Source: Thermoproteus sp. (GTDB lineage: Archaea; Thermoproteota; Thermoprotei; Thermoproteales; Thermoproteaceae). Taken from it: 64,000 nucleotides of DNA. The stretch lies in assembly GCA_049976425.1 (NCBI GenBank), contig JBMFIG010000001.1:96001-160000 (forward strand), in the 5' to 3' direction. The translations under genes were made by a program, and so were the position numbers. Shown one piece after another: positions 9,834 to 20,186 of this stretch. The notes beneath the pieces were generated by a model that worked only from the letters and a program-made list of their open reading frames with translations, did not search any database and was not told where the DNA came from. Position 1 is the first letter of the stretch. The number at the start of each line of letters is the position of its first letter.

Positions 9834-11201
9834 ATGTCAAGAACAACCACAATACTGGCCGTAACGGCCGTGGTGCTGGCGATACTGGGATTCGTGGCCG
9901 GCTACTACTCCGCGCCGAGAGCCGCCCCAATGCCGACTACCCAGACGGTTACACAGACGTTAACAACTACCCAAACGGTCACCGCAACTCGGATGTCGAC
10001 GGCTACCCAGACAGTCACCCAGACGGTCACGGCTACCCAGACCGTAACCGCGCCTAGCATGCAAGCGGAGCCTGAGCTGGTGCCGATAACTATGGCGACG
10101 GTCAAGGTCGACGCGATGACCGGAGCCACGGTCAGGGCAGGCCCCGTAATAGCAGTGGTGAGGCCGGGCACATACGCTATGGTCGGCAACACCACGTTGA
10201 GCGTCTACAACTTCTCGATAGTGCTGTACGCCGTTAAGAACGTGGGCGCGGCGCCCGACGGCGGCGTGCCCACCTACGCCTTCGCGTTCGCCGTCAACGG
10301 ACAGGTGAGCCCCGCCATATCCTTCGTCGATAGGTCGGGGAAGCCGAGGCAGATAATCACCGTGGCCTACGCCCCCGCCGACTGGTCCAGCTGGACTTGG
10401 CTCGGGTATAAGGCGTTGCCCAACGGCACGCTGGTCGGCGGCAAGTACGCCTTCGCGAATGTCTGGCACTACGTAGGAGGAGGCGTAATGGTCAACATCC
10501 AATTCTTCAAGCCAGTCCCGTGGATATTCACTGCCGGTCCCTACGTGCACAAGATAAACTACGTCGAGTTCACTCCGCCTGTGGGCAATGCGTCGAGCGG
10601 GCTTGTGCCTATCGAGATAGCCGAGGCCCGGATAAACGGCACTGTCGGAGGCGCGTTGAGGGTCGGCAATATAATAGCGGTGATACCGCCCGGCACCTAC
10701 CTCACCGACGGGCAGATGACCTATAAGGTCTACAACTTCAGCTTGATATACTACGCGACGCTCAACATGCCCGGAGTTGCTGGCATGGCGCCGCTCGGCG
10801 CCTATGCATTCGCCGCCAACGGCCTCGTCACAGCCAAATACACGTTCGTCGACGCAAACGGGGCCGGATCGCCGATAATCACGATAGCTTTGTTCCCCAG
10901 GACCGTGACCAGCTGGACCTGGTTGCCCCAAGGCGCGGCGCAACAGAACGCCACCCTCTCGGTAGGGGCCTATAAATTCCCCGACGTGTGGCTCTACGGC
11001 GACGGCTACATTGTGAATGTGCTATTCGTGAAGCCTGTTCCGTGGGTGTTCCTAGGGCCTTGGCCGCCCCAGCAAGCCACGTCCATGACTGCCACTACAA
11101 CAGCCACTACCGCCACTACCACGACAGCCGCGGCCACATCCACAGCTACGGCCACGACGACCTCTTCAACTACTACGACCAGCCCGTATGTCTGGGGTTA
11201 A
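9834..11201 (+). CDS. Membrane-anchored surface glycoprotein with two tandem homologous domains and Thr-rich linkers
   Basis: N-terminal TM, TQTVT repeats, duplicated domain of about 155 aa, N-x-S/T sequons, poly-Thr tail. Confidence 0.75.
   Translation: MSRTTTILAVTAVVLAILGFVAGYYSAPRAAPMPTTQTVTQTLTTTQTVTATRMSTATQTVTQTVTATQTVTAPSMQAEPELVPITMATVKVDAMTGATVRAGPVIAVVRPGTYAMVGNTTLSVYNFSIVLYAVKNVGAAPDGGVPTYAFAFAVNGQVSPAISFVDRSGKPRQIITVAYAPADWSSWTWLGYKALPNGTLVGGKYAFANVWHYVGGGVMVNIQFFKPVPWIFTAGPYVHKINYVEFTPPVGNASSGLVPIEIAEARINGTVGGALRVGNIIAVIPPGTYLTDGQMTYKVYNFSLIYYATLNMPGVAGMAPLGAYAFAANGLVTAKYTFVDANGAGSPIITIALFPRTVTSWTWLPQGAAQQNATLSVGAYKFPDVWLYGDGYIVNVLFVKPVPWVFLGPWPPQQATSMTATTTATTATTTTAAATSTATATTTSSTTTTSPYVWG
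9936..10050 (+). repeat. Coding tandem repeat (T-Q-T-V-T units)
   Basis: Several imperfect ACCCAGACGGTCAC-type units. Confidence 0.7.
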
Positions 11202-11289
11202 GATTTGCCAGATCACTGCGCCTAAGTATCAATAAAGACCAAACAATGTTTCTTCTCTGTGGGCAGACCGGCGCAATCTCAGGAGAGTT

Positions 11290-11571
11290 TTGCTGTTCGT
11301 ACTGCTAGGCACGCGCGGGGGTCCAGCGCGCCTCAAGATACTCGCGCGGCTGAAGGAAAGGCCCATGAACGCCCACCAGCTCTCGAAGGAGCTGGACATG
11401 GACTACAAGACGGCGCGCCACCATCTAGAGGCCTTGGAGAAGAACGGGCTCGTGGAGAGGCTGGGCGAGGGGTACGGCGCTGTCTACGCGCTGTCGGAGT
11501 CGCTCCAGAGGAACTGGGACTTAATAGTAGAGGCGGCCAAGTATCTGGGCTATGATACCCTGGATCATTGA
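11290..11571 (+). CDS. ArsR-family winged-helix regulator
   Basis: GTRGGPARLKIL, PMNAHQLSKELDMDYKTARHHLEALEKNGLV, YGAVY; start uncertain. Confidence 0.85.
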   Translation: MLFVLLGTRGGPARLKILARLKERPMNAHQLSKELDMDYKTARHHLEALEKNGLVERLGEGYGAVYALSESLQRNWDLIVEAAKYLGYDTLDH

Positions 11572-11827
11572 CATAGCGCTCGCGTCTATCGCGTCGATCT
11601 TCTCCTTGCTCAGCTTGAGGAACTACGCCGATCTCAAGAGCACCCATGTGGGCAGATACGCGTTGGCTATCGCAACCGCTCTGACGGCCGCCTCGTTAAT
11701 AGCCCTCGCCTCCTTCGCGTTCTGGATGTCTAGAGGGCACGGCCCCGACGTGGCAATGCCGTCTATGGCCATCGCCGCGTTGCTCGCGGTGTCCTCGCTT
11801 GCGTTCTACAAGCTCTCGTCCATATAG
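11552..11827 (+). CDS. Small 3-TM membrane protein
   Basis: Three hydrophobic helices; overlaps the ArsR gene end. Confidence 0.7.
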   Translation: MIPWIIDIALASIASIFSLLSLRNYADLKSTHVGRYALAIATALTAASLIALASFAFWMSRGHGPDVAMPSMAIAALLAVSSLAFYKLSSI

Positions 11828-11877
11828 GCCTCGTCGCGGCACGTTGCAAAGATTTAAGTATATGTCGCGGAAGATAT

Positions 11878-12990
11878 GTGGAGGTGGATGCGCTGATTCA
11901 AGACATCGCGAAGGTCCGTCAGTACCTGGATAAGTACTTCTTCAAGTTCTCGGACGAAATAACGGGGGCCTTGATAGCTATACTCAGCCGCGAGAACTAC
12001 ATAATGATAGGTCCCCCAGGCACCGCCAAGACCATGTTGGTGGCGTCGCTCTCTAAGCTACTCAAGGCGCGGTGGTTCTACCGCCTCCTAACAAAGTTCA
12101 CCGAGCTGGAGGAGATCATAGGGCCTATAGACGTGGTGGAGTTGCTCAAGGGAAATGTGAAGAGGATCTACGCGAACTCCATAGTGGAGGCCGACGTGGC
12201 TCTGCTGGATGAGATATTCAACGCCTCCAGTGCCATACTCAACACGCTTCTGACGATACTAAACGAGAGGGCTATCTTCGACGGCGGGGCTGTGGTGCCG
12301 GTTAGGACGTGGACTGTCTTCGGGGCCTCCAACAGAGTACCCGACGAGGAGGAGCTACAAGCCCTCTACGACCGCTTCCCGCTGAGGGCCTTCACCAAGT
12401 ACGCCTCGCCTGAAGAGACCGAGGATCTGCTCAGATCCGGGCTGGCCCTCCGGCAGGAGTTCGATCAGATGTCGCATTTGATGACCATGGACGACATCAA
12501 GGGCCTCAACGAGTACGTGAACAAGATGGTCTACGAGAATAGAGACGTGTTGGTGAAGCACGTGTCCCCGCTGATAGCGGCCTATCTGGACCACGTGGTG
12601 ATATCCAACCGCACCAGGGTCAAGGTGCCCATATACGTCATGGCGTACCTAACGATCCTCGGCATCAGGCCCAGCGACCTGGACGCGTCGAGCATAAGGG
12701 CGGGCACCATAAAGGTGTTGAAGTACCTCGTCCACGACAAGGAGGATCTAAGCGAGTACGAGGCATTTGTGGCATCCCACATGCCTGGGAATCTGTCCAC
12801 GCTCTACGATATGATAAACGAGATAAAGGCCTTGATAGCCAACAACGCGATAACTATAGCGCGCGAGAAGTTGAGGGAGGCCGAGGAGCTGTTGGATAAG
12901 GCGTATGCGGACCCCACGCTCTACAAGTTCTTCATGACCGAGATGTCGGAAATAAGGGATGCCCTAAGCATGTTGAGGAGCCAGCTTTAG
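11878..12990 (+). CDS. MoxR/RavA-family AAA+ ATPase
   Basis: Walker A GPPGTAKT, Walker B LLDEIF, ILNTLLTILNER, ALYDRF. Confidence 0.9.
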   Translation: MEVDALIQDIAKVRQYLDKYFFKFSDEITGALIAILSRENYIMIGPPGTAKTMLVASLSKLLKARWFYRLLTKFTELEEIIGPIDVVELLKGNVKRIYANSIVEADVALLDEIFNASSAILNTLLTILNERAIFDGGAVVPVRTWTVFGASNRVPDEEELQALYDRFPLRAFTKYASPEETEDLLRSGLALRQEFDQMSHLMTMDDIKGLNEYVNKMVYENRDVLVKHVSPLIAAYLDHVVISNRTRVKVPIYVMAYLTILGIRPSDLDASSIRAGTIKVLKYLVHDKEDLSEYEAFVASHMPGNLSTLYDMINEIKALIANNAITIAREKLREAEELLDKAYADPTLYKFFMTEMSEIRDALSMLRSQL

Positions 12991-12992
12991 TC

Positions 12993-14291
12993 GTGGGCGC
13001 CCTGCTCAACGTAGACTACTCAGACGAGCTGACGAGGCTCAGAGTCCAGGAAATAATACGCTATATCCAACGGCTGGGACTCCCCGTAAAGCTGAACAAG
13101 ATACCGATGGAGTACATCGCCGACTCTTTCTACACCCACTACCGCGTCCCCATACTCTCCGCCGCTCCTAAAGACGAAAACGAGGCGTTGTGGTACGTAT
13201 TCCTCAAATCCTACATCTCCTCTGATCTATATCAAGAGATCAGCAAGCTCAGTAAATACAACTACTCGATTTCCAGATCGGCGTCGGTCAAACTGCTTAG
13301 GGCATACAACAGCCTGCTCTCGCGCATAGAGCGCGGCACCGTGCAGGGCATGAAGGAAGGCGACGAGAAAAACGTACAGAGGTTGATGAACAACCAGTCT
13401 CTGAGGCAGGAAATAAGCAATCTATTGAGGTTCTATATGGGCAATGTAAAGAATTTAGACAAGATAAGGAAATCGATTTCGAAAATTCTCGGCGACGATG
13501 TGGGGAAGGAGGTCGCAGATCTCCTATTCGACGTCGACATCGATCCGTACAGGGCCAGGCTGGCCAAGATCTTGGAGTCCTTGGTCAAGATATTGTCCAA
13601 GGTGGATCCCTACGTCGAGGAGGGGGCGGTCTTCGAGCGAACCGGCGTGCCGTCGGGCATCAGGAGCATCAGGAGCTTCTCGGATCTACGTAAGGTGACC
13701 AACTTGAGCAAGGCCATCTACAGAGCATCGCCGACGTTATTCGCCTACAAGCTGGCCACGAGGTCGCTTTCGGTGAAGGACGTCTCGCTCGACACCAGAG
13801 AGAAGATCTACATGCTGGTGGACAAGTCGGGCTCCATGTTCTACTCGGTCTACGACGGGTTCGCCATGGACATGACGCAGAAGATAACGTGGGCCACCGC
13901 GTTGGCCGTCGCGCTGATGAGACACAGCAGGAAAGTTATACTGAGATTTTTCGACCAGATGGTGTACCCCCAGTTGACAAATATTAAGGATGTGATCAAG
14001 GCGTTGCTCAGAGTCCTGCCGCTGGGCGGCACCGATATAACATCGGCGGTCCACACAGCCGTCATGGACTCCAAGAACGCCGGTCTTAGGAGCTATAAGC
14101 TGGTCATAATCACAGATGGCGAAGACGACTTCGTAAACCCCGAGGTGCTGAGGCAGGCGAAGACGGCTTTTAGGGATGTCAAGGCGCTTTTGATAGGAGG
14201 CTCCAACTCGGTGATAGAGTCCGAAATACCGACCATAAGGATTGACTCGACAGATATAGAATCTCTTAAATATATATTGAAAAATATATAA
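12993..14291 (+). CDS. VWA-domain protein (ViaA-like partner)
   Basis: MIDAS DKSGSM, GGTDI, ITDGED; directly follows the AAA gene. Confidence 0.88.
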   Translation: MGALLNVDYSDELTRLRVQEIIRYIQRLGLPVKLNKIPMEYIADSFYTHYRVPILSAAPKDENEALWYVFLKSYISSDLYQEISKLSKYNYSISRSASVKLLRAYNSLLSRIERGTVQGMKEGDEKNVQRLMNNQSLRQEISNLLRFYMGNVKNLDKIRKSISKILGDDVGKEVADLLFDVDIDPYRARLAKILESLVKILSKVDPYVEEGAVFERTGVPSGIRSIRSFSDLRKVTNLSKAIYRASPTLFAYKLATRSLSVKDVSLDTREKIYMLVDKSGSMFYSVYDGFAMDMTQKITWATALAVALMRHSRKVILRFFDQMVYPQLTNIKDVIKALLRVLPLGGTDITSAVHTAVMDSKNAGLRSYKLVIITDGEDDFVNPEVLRQAKTAFRDVKALLIGGSNSVIESEIPTIRIDSTDIESLKYILKNI

Positions 14292-14353
14292 AAAGCATAT
14301 CTATATAGGAGGATATAGAGGAAAATTTTTATATTTCCTGAAAATAAAAGGCC

Positions 14354-14776
14354 ATGAAAGTTAAGGAAATATTGCGCAGACCGCCGGTCACCATACCGGT
14401 AACGGCCACGGTCGAGCAGGCGGCCGAGGCTATGGCCAATAACAACGTCGGCCTTCTCGTGATAGTCGACCCGAAAGAGCCCAAGAAGCCTATCGGCGTC
14501 ATCAGCGAGAGGGACATAATCAGGACCATAGCCGGCAAGGCTCCGTTGACCGTCACGGTGGACAAGGCGGGCACCATGGGTAACTTCATCTGGATAAGAG
14601 AAGACGAGACGATATACAGAGCCGCATATCTCATGAGGAAGCACCATATAAGGCATCTGGTAGTCCTCGACGACAAGGGCGAGCTCGTCGGCGTGTTGTC
14701 CATCAGGGATCTCATAGCCGAGGACAGGATAATCGAGAGCCTATCAGCCGACAGGAGGCCGTCGACAAAGGAATAA
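14354..14776 (+). CDS. CBS-pair protein
   Basis: GVISERDII, IRHLVV, GVLSIRDL. Confidence 0.9.
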   Translation: MKVKEILRRPPVTIPVTATVEQAAEAMANNNVGLLVIVDPKEPKKPIGVISERDIIRTIAGKAPLTVTVDKAGTMGNFIWIREDETIYRAAYLMRKHHIRHLVVLDDKGELVGVLSIRDLIAEDRIIESLSADRRPSTKE

Positions 14777-14806
14777 TTTAAATAACAAGGTCCGTTTTTC
14801 GGGCCC

Positions 14807-16042
14807 ATGAACAGAATAATTCCGGCCGTAATCGCCGTAGCCGTTATAATCGCCATCGTCCTTATCCTTCTGCTGAAGCCGTTTTCGCCGCAGTATCCAA
14901 AGACCCTAAACGTCTCAGCTATAAGTTACCCCAACGGCGTCTACCTCTACGACGTATATGTCGGCAGCAACAAGGTGCCCCTAGTCTACGTTCAGTACAA
15001 TCAAAGCGTGTTGCTCGTCTCGGCACATAACGGAAGCGAGGCCTACTTATTGCTCTCGCCGCAGAGGCTCAGCGAGCTGTATAGAACAGCCAACACGACG
15101 TTTCTATTGGTAAACTATCCAGAGTTGCTGGGATATACATGTTCGAACTTCACCATAACTCAAACAATCGCGGGCATACCTGCAAGAGTGTCTAACAGAG
15201 TATGTTCGCCGCAACAGTTCTCGACCTCTACGAACTTCGTCCAAGTGGTATCTGCCCTATCGCAAGTGCCTCCGCCTTCGATGCTCGCGTTTAGCGGCGT
15301 GACGGCGACGCCATTCGGCGATGCGGCGATCTATAAAAATTCCACACTTACTACATATCTATTCTATACAATAAATATTACATATTATCTATATAAACTT
15401 AATAATAATGTAATATATAGATATAGTATAGTTTTATCGATGGGTCCATCTACCTTTAATGTGACGTATCTGTTAAGGTCTATGAGTAGCGTGAACTCTA
15501 CATATACTGCGATTATATCGAATCTCTCGGGCGAAATGCCGATTAGGGATATGGGAGGCCTCACTCTAGTTACGGTAGCTAAAAAGGTCGGCATGGTCGC
15601 CGCAACAGGCAACACAACGGTGCTTGCCTTCATAGGCCTCAACGACACGTCATCAGCCCAGCTGTTCGTGGATAACTATACGTTGTTTAGGGGCGTCGGC
15701 CTCATAATACTGGACGCCCCGAACCAGCCGTTGAGCTATGCGGAGAGGCTGAGGTGCCTATACTCATCTCTAGAAAACAAGAGCGCCGTAGTGGATCTCC
15801 TACGGGAGATGTATAAAGGCCTACTGAACAACTCGACAAACCCGTATAGGGTTCTGCCAAACAGCACATGTCCCGTGGATATATCCTCTGAATCCGCCCT
15901 CCTGAGCCTGGCGCTTGAGGGCGCCAACATGCCGCCTCAGACAGTCGCCCCTCCGGTGTTCGTCGTTGTCTATCCCAACAGCTCCTATGTTGTCGTGACC
16001 GGCTACAACCCCTCGGCGCTCGCGGCGGCGCTCGGTAGATGA
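14807..16042 (+). CDS. Hypothetical secreted or membrane-anchored glycoprotein
   Basis: N-terminal TM anchor and many N-x-S/T sequons. Confidence 0.7.
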   Translation: MNRIIPAVIAVAVIIAIVLILLLKPFSPQYPKTLNVSAISYPNGVYLYDVYVGSNKVPLVYVQYNQSVLLVSAHNGSEAYLLLSPQRLSELYRTANTTFLLVNYPELLGYTCSNFTITQTIAGIPARVSNRVCSPQQFSTSTNFVQVVSALSQVPPPSMLAFSGVTATPFGDAAIYKNSTLTTYLFYTINITYYLYKLNNNVIYRYSIVLSMGPSTFNVTYLLRSMSSVNSTYTAIISNLSGEMPIRDMGGLTLVTVAKKVGMVAATGNTTVLAFIGLNDTSSAQLFVDNYTLFRGVGLIILDAPNQPLSYAERLRCLYSSLENKSAVVDLLREMYKGLLNNSTNPYRVLPNSTCPVDISSESALLSLALEGANMPPQTVAPPVFVVVYPNSSYVVVTGYNPSALAAALGR

Positions 16043-16734
16043 AATGCAAGGCGTTAGTCGCCGATATAGACGGCACTCTGACCCTCTCTAGAGACACCTA
16101 CGAGCTCTCCCTTGAGGCGCTTGCGGCCCTCAGAAGGCTAAGGAATCTGGGCGTGCGGGTGGCGTTGGCCACCGCCAACGGCCTCGACTACGCGCTATCT
16201 ATAGCGCGCTATCTGGGAGTCAACTCCGTGATAGCGGAGAACGGCTGTATAGTGGCTCTCGAGGGGGAGATCCATGAGCTATGTGCGGCTTTTCCGCGCC
16301 AGGAGGTTGTGGACGTAGTATTATCTACAGGCCTCGTGAGGGAGAGCGAGCAGAATAGGTGCAGGAAGTACGACCTAGCGTTTTACCCAGTAGCCGATCC
16401 GGCCGCCGCGCTGTCGGCTATAAGATCGCGGTTGGGCAATTCCTATAGGGTGGAGTACAGCGGCTATGCGATACACGTGAGGCCTCAAGGCGTCGACAAG
16501 GGCACAGGCCTGGCGTTTTTATGCAGGGCGTGGGGCCTTCCGTGTAGCTTGGTGGCGGTCGTAGGCGACAGCGAAGTTGACGCCCCTATGTTGAGGCTTG
16601 GGTGGGGAATAGCCGTGGGCAATGCCGATGAGGAGGCTAAAAACGCCGCGCGGATCACCGTCGAAGGCCCCAGCGGCCTCGGCTTCGCGGAGGCCGTGGA
16701 TATAATCATAGATGGGATTGCTTGTTCAGACTAA
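16039..16734 (+). CDS. HAD-superfamily phosphoglycolate phosphatase (Cof/SPP-like)
   Basis: DIDGTLT, ATAN, AENG, DKG, GDSEVD, AVGNA. Confidence 0.88.
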   Translation: MKCKALVADIDGTLTLSRDTYELSLEALAALRRLRNLGVRVALATANGLDYALSIARYLGVNSVIAENGCIVALEGEIHELCAAFPRQEVVDVVLSTGLVRESEQNRCRKYDLAFYPVADPAAALSAIRSRLGNSYRVEYSGYAIHVRPQGVDKGTGLAFLCRAWGLPCSLVAVVGDSEVDAPMLRLGWGIAVGNADEEAKNAARITVEGPSGLGFAEAVDIIIDGIACSD

Positions 16735-16770
16735 ACGCAATGGATAATAATAAACTCTTCCTCATTTTGC

Positions 16771-17571
16771 GTGAGTTATCAAGTCGAGGTCGGGGTGCTC
16801 AGCAGCAACTTCGCAAGGCTGGCGCTCATGAACGCCGCGATTAAGCCAGACAACAGGCTGGAGAGGCTGTACTCGATCTTGGCGCGTCTGGGGTACTTCA
16901 TCAAGAGGGGGGATACGTACATAAGGACCGGCAAGTTGCCCCCCGACAGAGGAGATCCCGTGGTGGCCAGGGTCGTTGACGACATCATAGTTCCGTATCT
17001 GTTAGGCAAGTCGATAGAGCACAACCCCGCCCTTATACACTCTTTTACATACATCTTCCAGAATATCAGAATACGTATGGCGGCCGAGATCCTCCCCTGG
17101 GGAGGCCTTACCTTAGTCGCCGGCTTTCTGCCGTGCGGATTCTCGTCGGAGCTCTCGGCGCAAGCGGGCCGGGATCTGGTGATAGTCGACGATTTTCAAG
17201 ACGTATTGGACATAGAGAGCGAGCGTCTATCCCTTTTGCCCGTCATGGCTTCCCCCATGTCGTCGTTCTTGGCGCCGGCGGTCTTCATAGCGCTGGAGCC
17301 CTCTACCGATATGGAGTTTATTAAATCTAAATATGGTAATTTTAATACTGCGCTAGTATGTCATAGAAATATTAATTTAAAAGAATTAAGCAGTATTGCC
17401 GAGGAAGTTATATATGTATATATAAACGGCGTCCTCGGCGAGCTGGCCTCGCTCGTGAATGAGGCGCTCGGCCTAGGAACTCCGCCGACCTGTGATCAGA
17501 TCGTGAGGGACGCGGGGGGCCAGATAATCCACAACGACGAGGAGATCTGCATTATAAGTTTTCGAGGATAG
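16771..17571 (+). CDS. Hypothetical protein
   Basis: 266-aa ORF with upstream TATA-like AATAATAAA; no recognised motif. Confidence 0.6.
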   Translation: MSYQVEVGVLSSNFARLALMNAAIKPDNRLERLYSILARLGYFIKRGDTYIRTGKLPPDRGDPVVARVVDDIIVPYLLGKSIEHNPALIHSFTYIFQNIRIRMAAEILPWGGLTLVAGFLPCGFSSELSAQAGRDLVIVDDFQDVLDIESERLSLLPVMASPMSSFLAPAVFIALEPSTDMEFIKSKYGNFNTALVCHRNINLKELSSIAEEVIYVYINGVLGELASLVNEALGLGTPPTCDQIVRDAGGQIIHNDEEICIISFRG

Positions 17572-18037
17572 GCCTTATCAACTCGTTAGGCGGATCCTTG
17601 AGGGCCGATATGTAGTAGATCTTGCCGGCTCCTATGGCTTGGGCCATCTCGTCGCCCTCTATGAGCGTGCCGATCTCTTCAGCAAGATCCCTCTTATTGC
17701 CTATGAGTATAACTTTCCGAAACGGCTTAAGGCCTGCGTCGAGTAGCGCGCTGTGTATATCCGCTATGGCCCTCAACGAGGAGGGGTCGGTCACGTCGTA
17801 CATATACGCCAGGAGGTCGACGTAGAACGACCACATCCTGCTGAAGTTCAGAGCGACTTCGCGCGCCAGCTGGCCCGGCACGTCTATGACGTCCATCTCG
17901 TAGTCGCCGTAGTAGTATCTGTATATGCCCGGCCTCAAAGTCACTCGGGGCCTTAGGGAGAGGCCCAAAAGCCTATATATGTAGGTGGTCTTGCCGACGC
18001 CTCCAACGCCGAGGACAGCCCATACCACTCGCTTCAC
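17552..18037 (-). CDS. Stand-alone small Ras-superfamily-like GTPase
   Basis: G1 GVGGVGKT, G3 DVPGQ, G4 NKRD, G5 SALK. Confidence 0.85.
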   Translation of the reverse strand: MKRVVWAVLGVGGVGKTTYIYRLLGLSLRPRVTLRPGIYRYYYGDYEMDVIDVPGQLAREVALNFSRMWSFYVDLLAYMYDVTDPSSLRAIADIHSALLDAGLKPFRKVILIGNKRDLAEEIGTLIEGDEMAQAIGAGKIYYISALKDPPNELIRPILENL

Positions 18038-18076
18038 AAATCACCCAGCAGTCTATCTACTAATAACTCTAACTTT

Positions 18077-18370
18077 CTAACTTCTGCCTCTATCTTCTTT
18101 ATCTTGTCGTAGAGAGGCTCGCCTCGGCCGGTTAATATAGCTGCCAGGATCTCCACGTCCTTCACGCTCGCACTGCTTCTTCGCCACGATTCGCCCGACG
18201 AGGTAGACGGCATATCCGTATAATAGGATTAAAGCAACTGCCACGAAGTCGCCGACGTTTACATACGGCAGAGGTCTGATCCTTAGATACCCTAGAAGGA
18301 GCCCTCCGAGATAGAGATATGCCAGGAGAAGCGCGAACGAGAACAACACGACTGCCAAGGCGCTCTTCAT
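18077..18370 (-). CDS. Small 2-TM membrane protein
   Basis: Two hydrophobic helices; ATGA overlap with the upstream gene. Confidence 0.55.
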   Translation of the reverse strand: MKSALAVVLFSFALLLAYLYLGGLLLGYLRIRPLPYVNVGDFVAVALILLYGYAVYLVGRIVAKKQCEREGRGDPGSYINRPRRASLRQDKEDRGRS

Positions 18371-19287
18371 ATAGCCACCGAGGCCAACGACGTGATGGCC
18401 GTGAGGAGGACTAGGCGCTTAAATATCTCGTACTCGCCCAAGGCGCCGTCCCCAACCAGGAGGCGCACCAGGCTCAGAATATTCGAGTCGCAGTTCTGCA
18501 CGACCTTTCCGTCGACCAGAACTGTGGGCCGTCCTATCTTGTTTCTGCCTCTGATGCCGCGCGCCGAGAATATAATGAGGACGCCGTTGACTATATAAGG
18601 CATAGACGCGAAGACGAGCTGGGGCACCATGTTGTAGAGGGCCGCCAACGTGGCGATCTCGGCGCCTAGGAAGTAGCTACCCACGTTGCCGTTGAAGGCC
18701 TTCGCCGGATAGCGGTTGTAGACGAAGAGCGCTAGGGAAGCCGCCACGTGAACGGCGAAGGCGTAGGAGGCCTCGACGTCCCCTCTGAGGAGCGCGCCCG
18801 CGGCTAGAGACGCGCCGATTATGGCGTTGGACAGCGGCAGGAACCCGTTGACGGGGTCCAACATGTTGTACGCGTTCGTCATTATGGGGATCGCGAGCAC
18901 CGCCAGCCAGGCGGGGCTGTAGAAGGTGCCCATGAAGGGCAACGTCATGCGTAGCTTCACGGCGAAGTAGAGGGCCATGGCCGCCAGAAGGGGGACTGCG
19001 ACCCTCACGAGCTCGTTCACGTCGTACACGTCGTCGAGCAACCCGACGAGCCCCACGACGCCGGTCAACGCTACGACGTACCACAGCCTAAAGTCGAAGA
19101 GGGACAGGATGGACAGCCCCACAATACCGGCGATCATGGCAATAAGCCCTCCCGCCTTAGGCACGCCCTGTCTGCCCTTGTAGACGTCGAGCGACACTAA
19201 GCCTCTGGCGCTCTGGTAACGCAACCACGCCGGCCCCAGCGCCACTCCTGCCGCGAAGGCGGCGACTATCGCGACTATCTGTAGCAT
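18367..19287 (-). CDS. aglH: MraY/GPT-family UDP-GlcNAc:dolichol-phosphate GlcNAc-1-P transferase
   Basis: DVYK...VPKAGG, GLLDD, NAYNMLDPVNG, NRYPAKAFNGNVGSY. Confidence 0.78.
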   Translation of the reverse strand: MLQIVAIVAAFAAGVALGPAWLRYQSARGLVSLDVYKGRQGVPKAGGLIAMIAGIVGLSILSLFDFRLWYVVALTGVVGLVGLLDDVYDVNELVRVAVPLLAAMALYFAVKLRMTLPFMGTFYSPAWLAVLAIPIMTNAYNMLDPVNGFLPLSNAIIGASLAAGALLRGDVEASYAFAVHVAASLALFVYNRYPAKAFNGNVGSYFLGAEIATLAALYNMVPQLVFASMPYIVNGVLIIFSARGIRGRNKIGRPTVLVDGKVVQNCDSNILSLVRLLVGDGALGEYEIFKRLVLLTAITSLASVAI

Positions 19288-19307
19288 GGGCGGAAGAGGA
19301 GGGGTAG

Positions 19308-20186
19308 TTATAAGTAACCTAGGAGTATCGGGAGGACCAACGTGGCGTCCGCCATTATGTGGACCGACTTCGCGTTGCGTTTGACTTTGCCCCAGGTTAT
19401 GGCTTCTCTAGGCCTCGCGCCGCTCAAAGAGCCGTCGTACTCCGTGGCCGTGGTTATGTACACTACGTAGTCCAGCCCGCCCTTGAATTGCGCCCACCAG
19501 ATCACGTGGTGTTTAGATATGCCGCCCCCCACGATGAGCGCCGCTAGGCTTTTTGCGGACGCCACGAGATCCCTCAGCTCCTCCTCGTCCCTCAACACGT
19601 CGACTACTATACGCCTGCCGCCCCTCTTCACCCTCTGCACGTCGTTGTAGGTCAATATGGCCGTGCCGACGGCTCCGTCAACTATACCCGGCACAAACAC
19701 CTTGACGCCGGCTCTGGCCGCGGCCCCGAGGATGGAGCTCTCGGGCATCAACTTGCCGAAATGCTCGGCCAGCTCGAAGGTGCCTACCCTATCTTTCTCC
19801 AACGAATCCAACGCCTTGAACACGAAACGCTCGACGTAAGGGCCGTACTCGTCCCTCCTAAGCACCAGATTGCCCAATCTGTGATAGCCCCTGTCGGCTA
19901 GATCTACGTCGTCTAGGTCGAAGGACGCCGGCATGTACCTGGCGCCTTCAGCCTTGGCTATATCGTGGTCGAGCGTTCCCGCTGTGGTCACCACTACGTT
20001 GAAGAGCCCCCTCCGGATCGCGTCGGCGATAATCTCCCTAAGACCTGTCGCCACCAAGTTAGCTGTGAATGAGAAGAAGCGCAGATCTGCGTTCCCTACA
20101 GCCTCCTTAAGAATGTCGGCGGCCTCCGCTACATGGAGAGCTTGGAATCCGCCGATCTTTCTATAGATCTCTATGACTTCTTTCAT
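19308..20186 (-). CDS. dys: Deoxyhypusine synthase
   Basis: FTANLVATGLR, GGGISKHH, YDGSLSGARPREAITWGK, ADAT. Confidence 0.95.
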   Translation of the reverse strand: MKEVIEIYRKIGGFQALHVAEAADILKEAVGNADLRFFSFTANLVATGLREIIADAIRRGLFNVVVTTAGTLDHDIAKAEGARYMPASFDLDDVDLADRGYHRLGNLVLRRDEYGPYVERFVFKALDSLEKDRVGTFELAEHFGKLMPESSILGAAARAGVKVFVPGIVDGAVGTAILTYNDVQRVKRGGRRIVVDVLRDEEELRDLVASAKSLAALIVGGGISKHHVIWWAQFKGGLDYVVYITTATEYDGSLSGARPREAITWGKVKRNAKSVHIMADATLVLPILLGYL

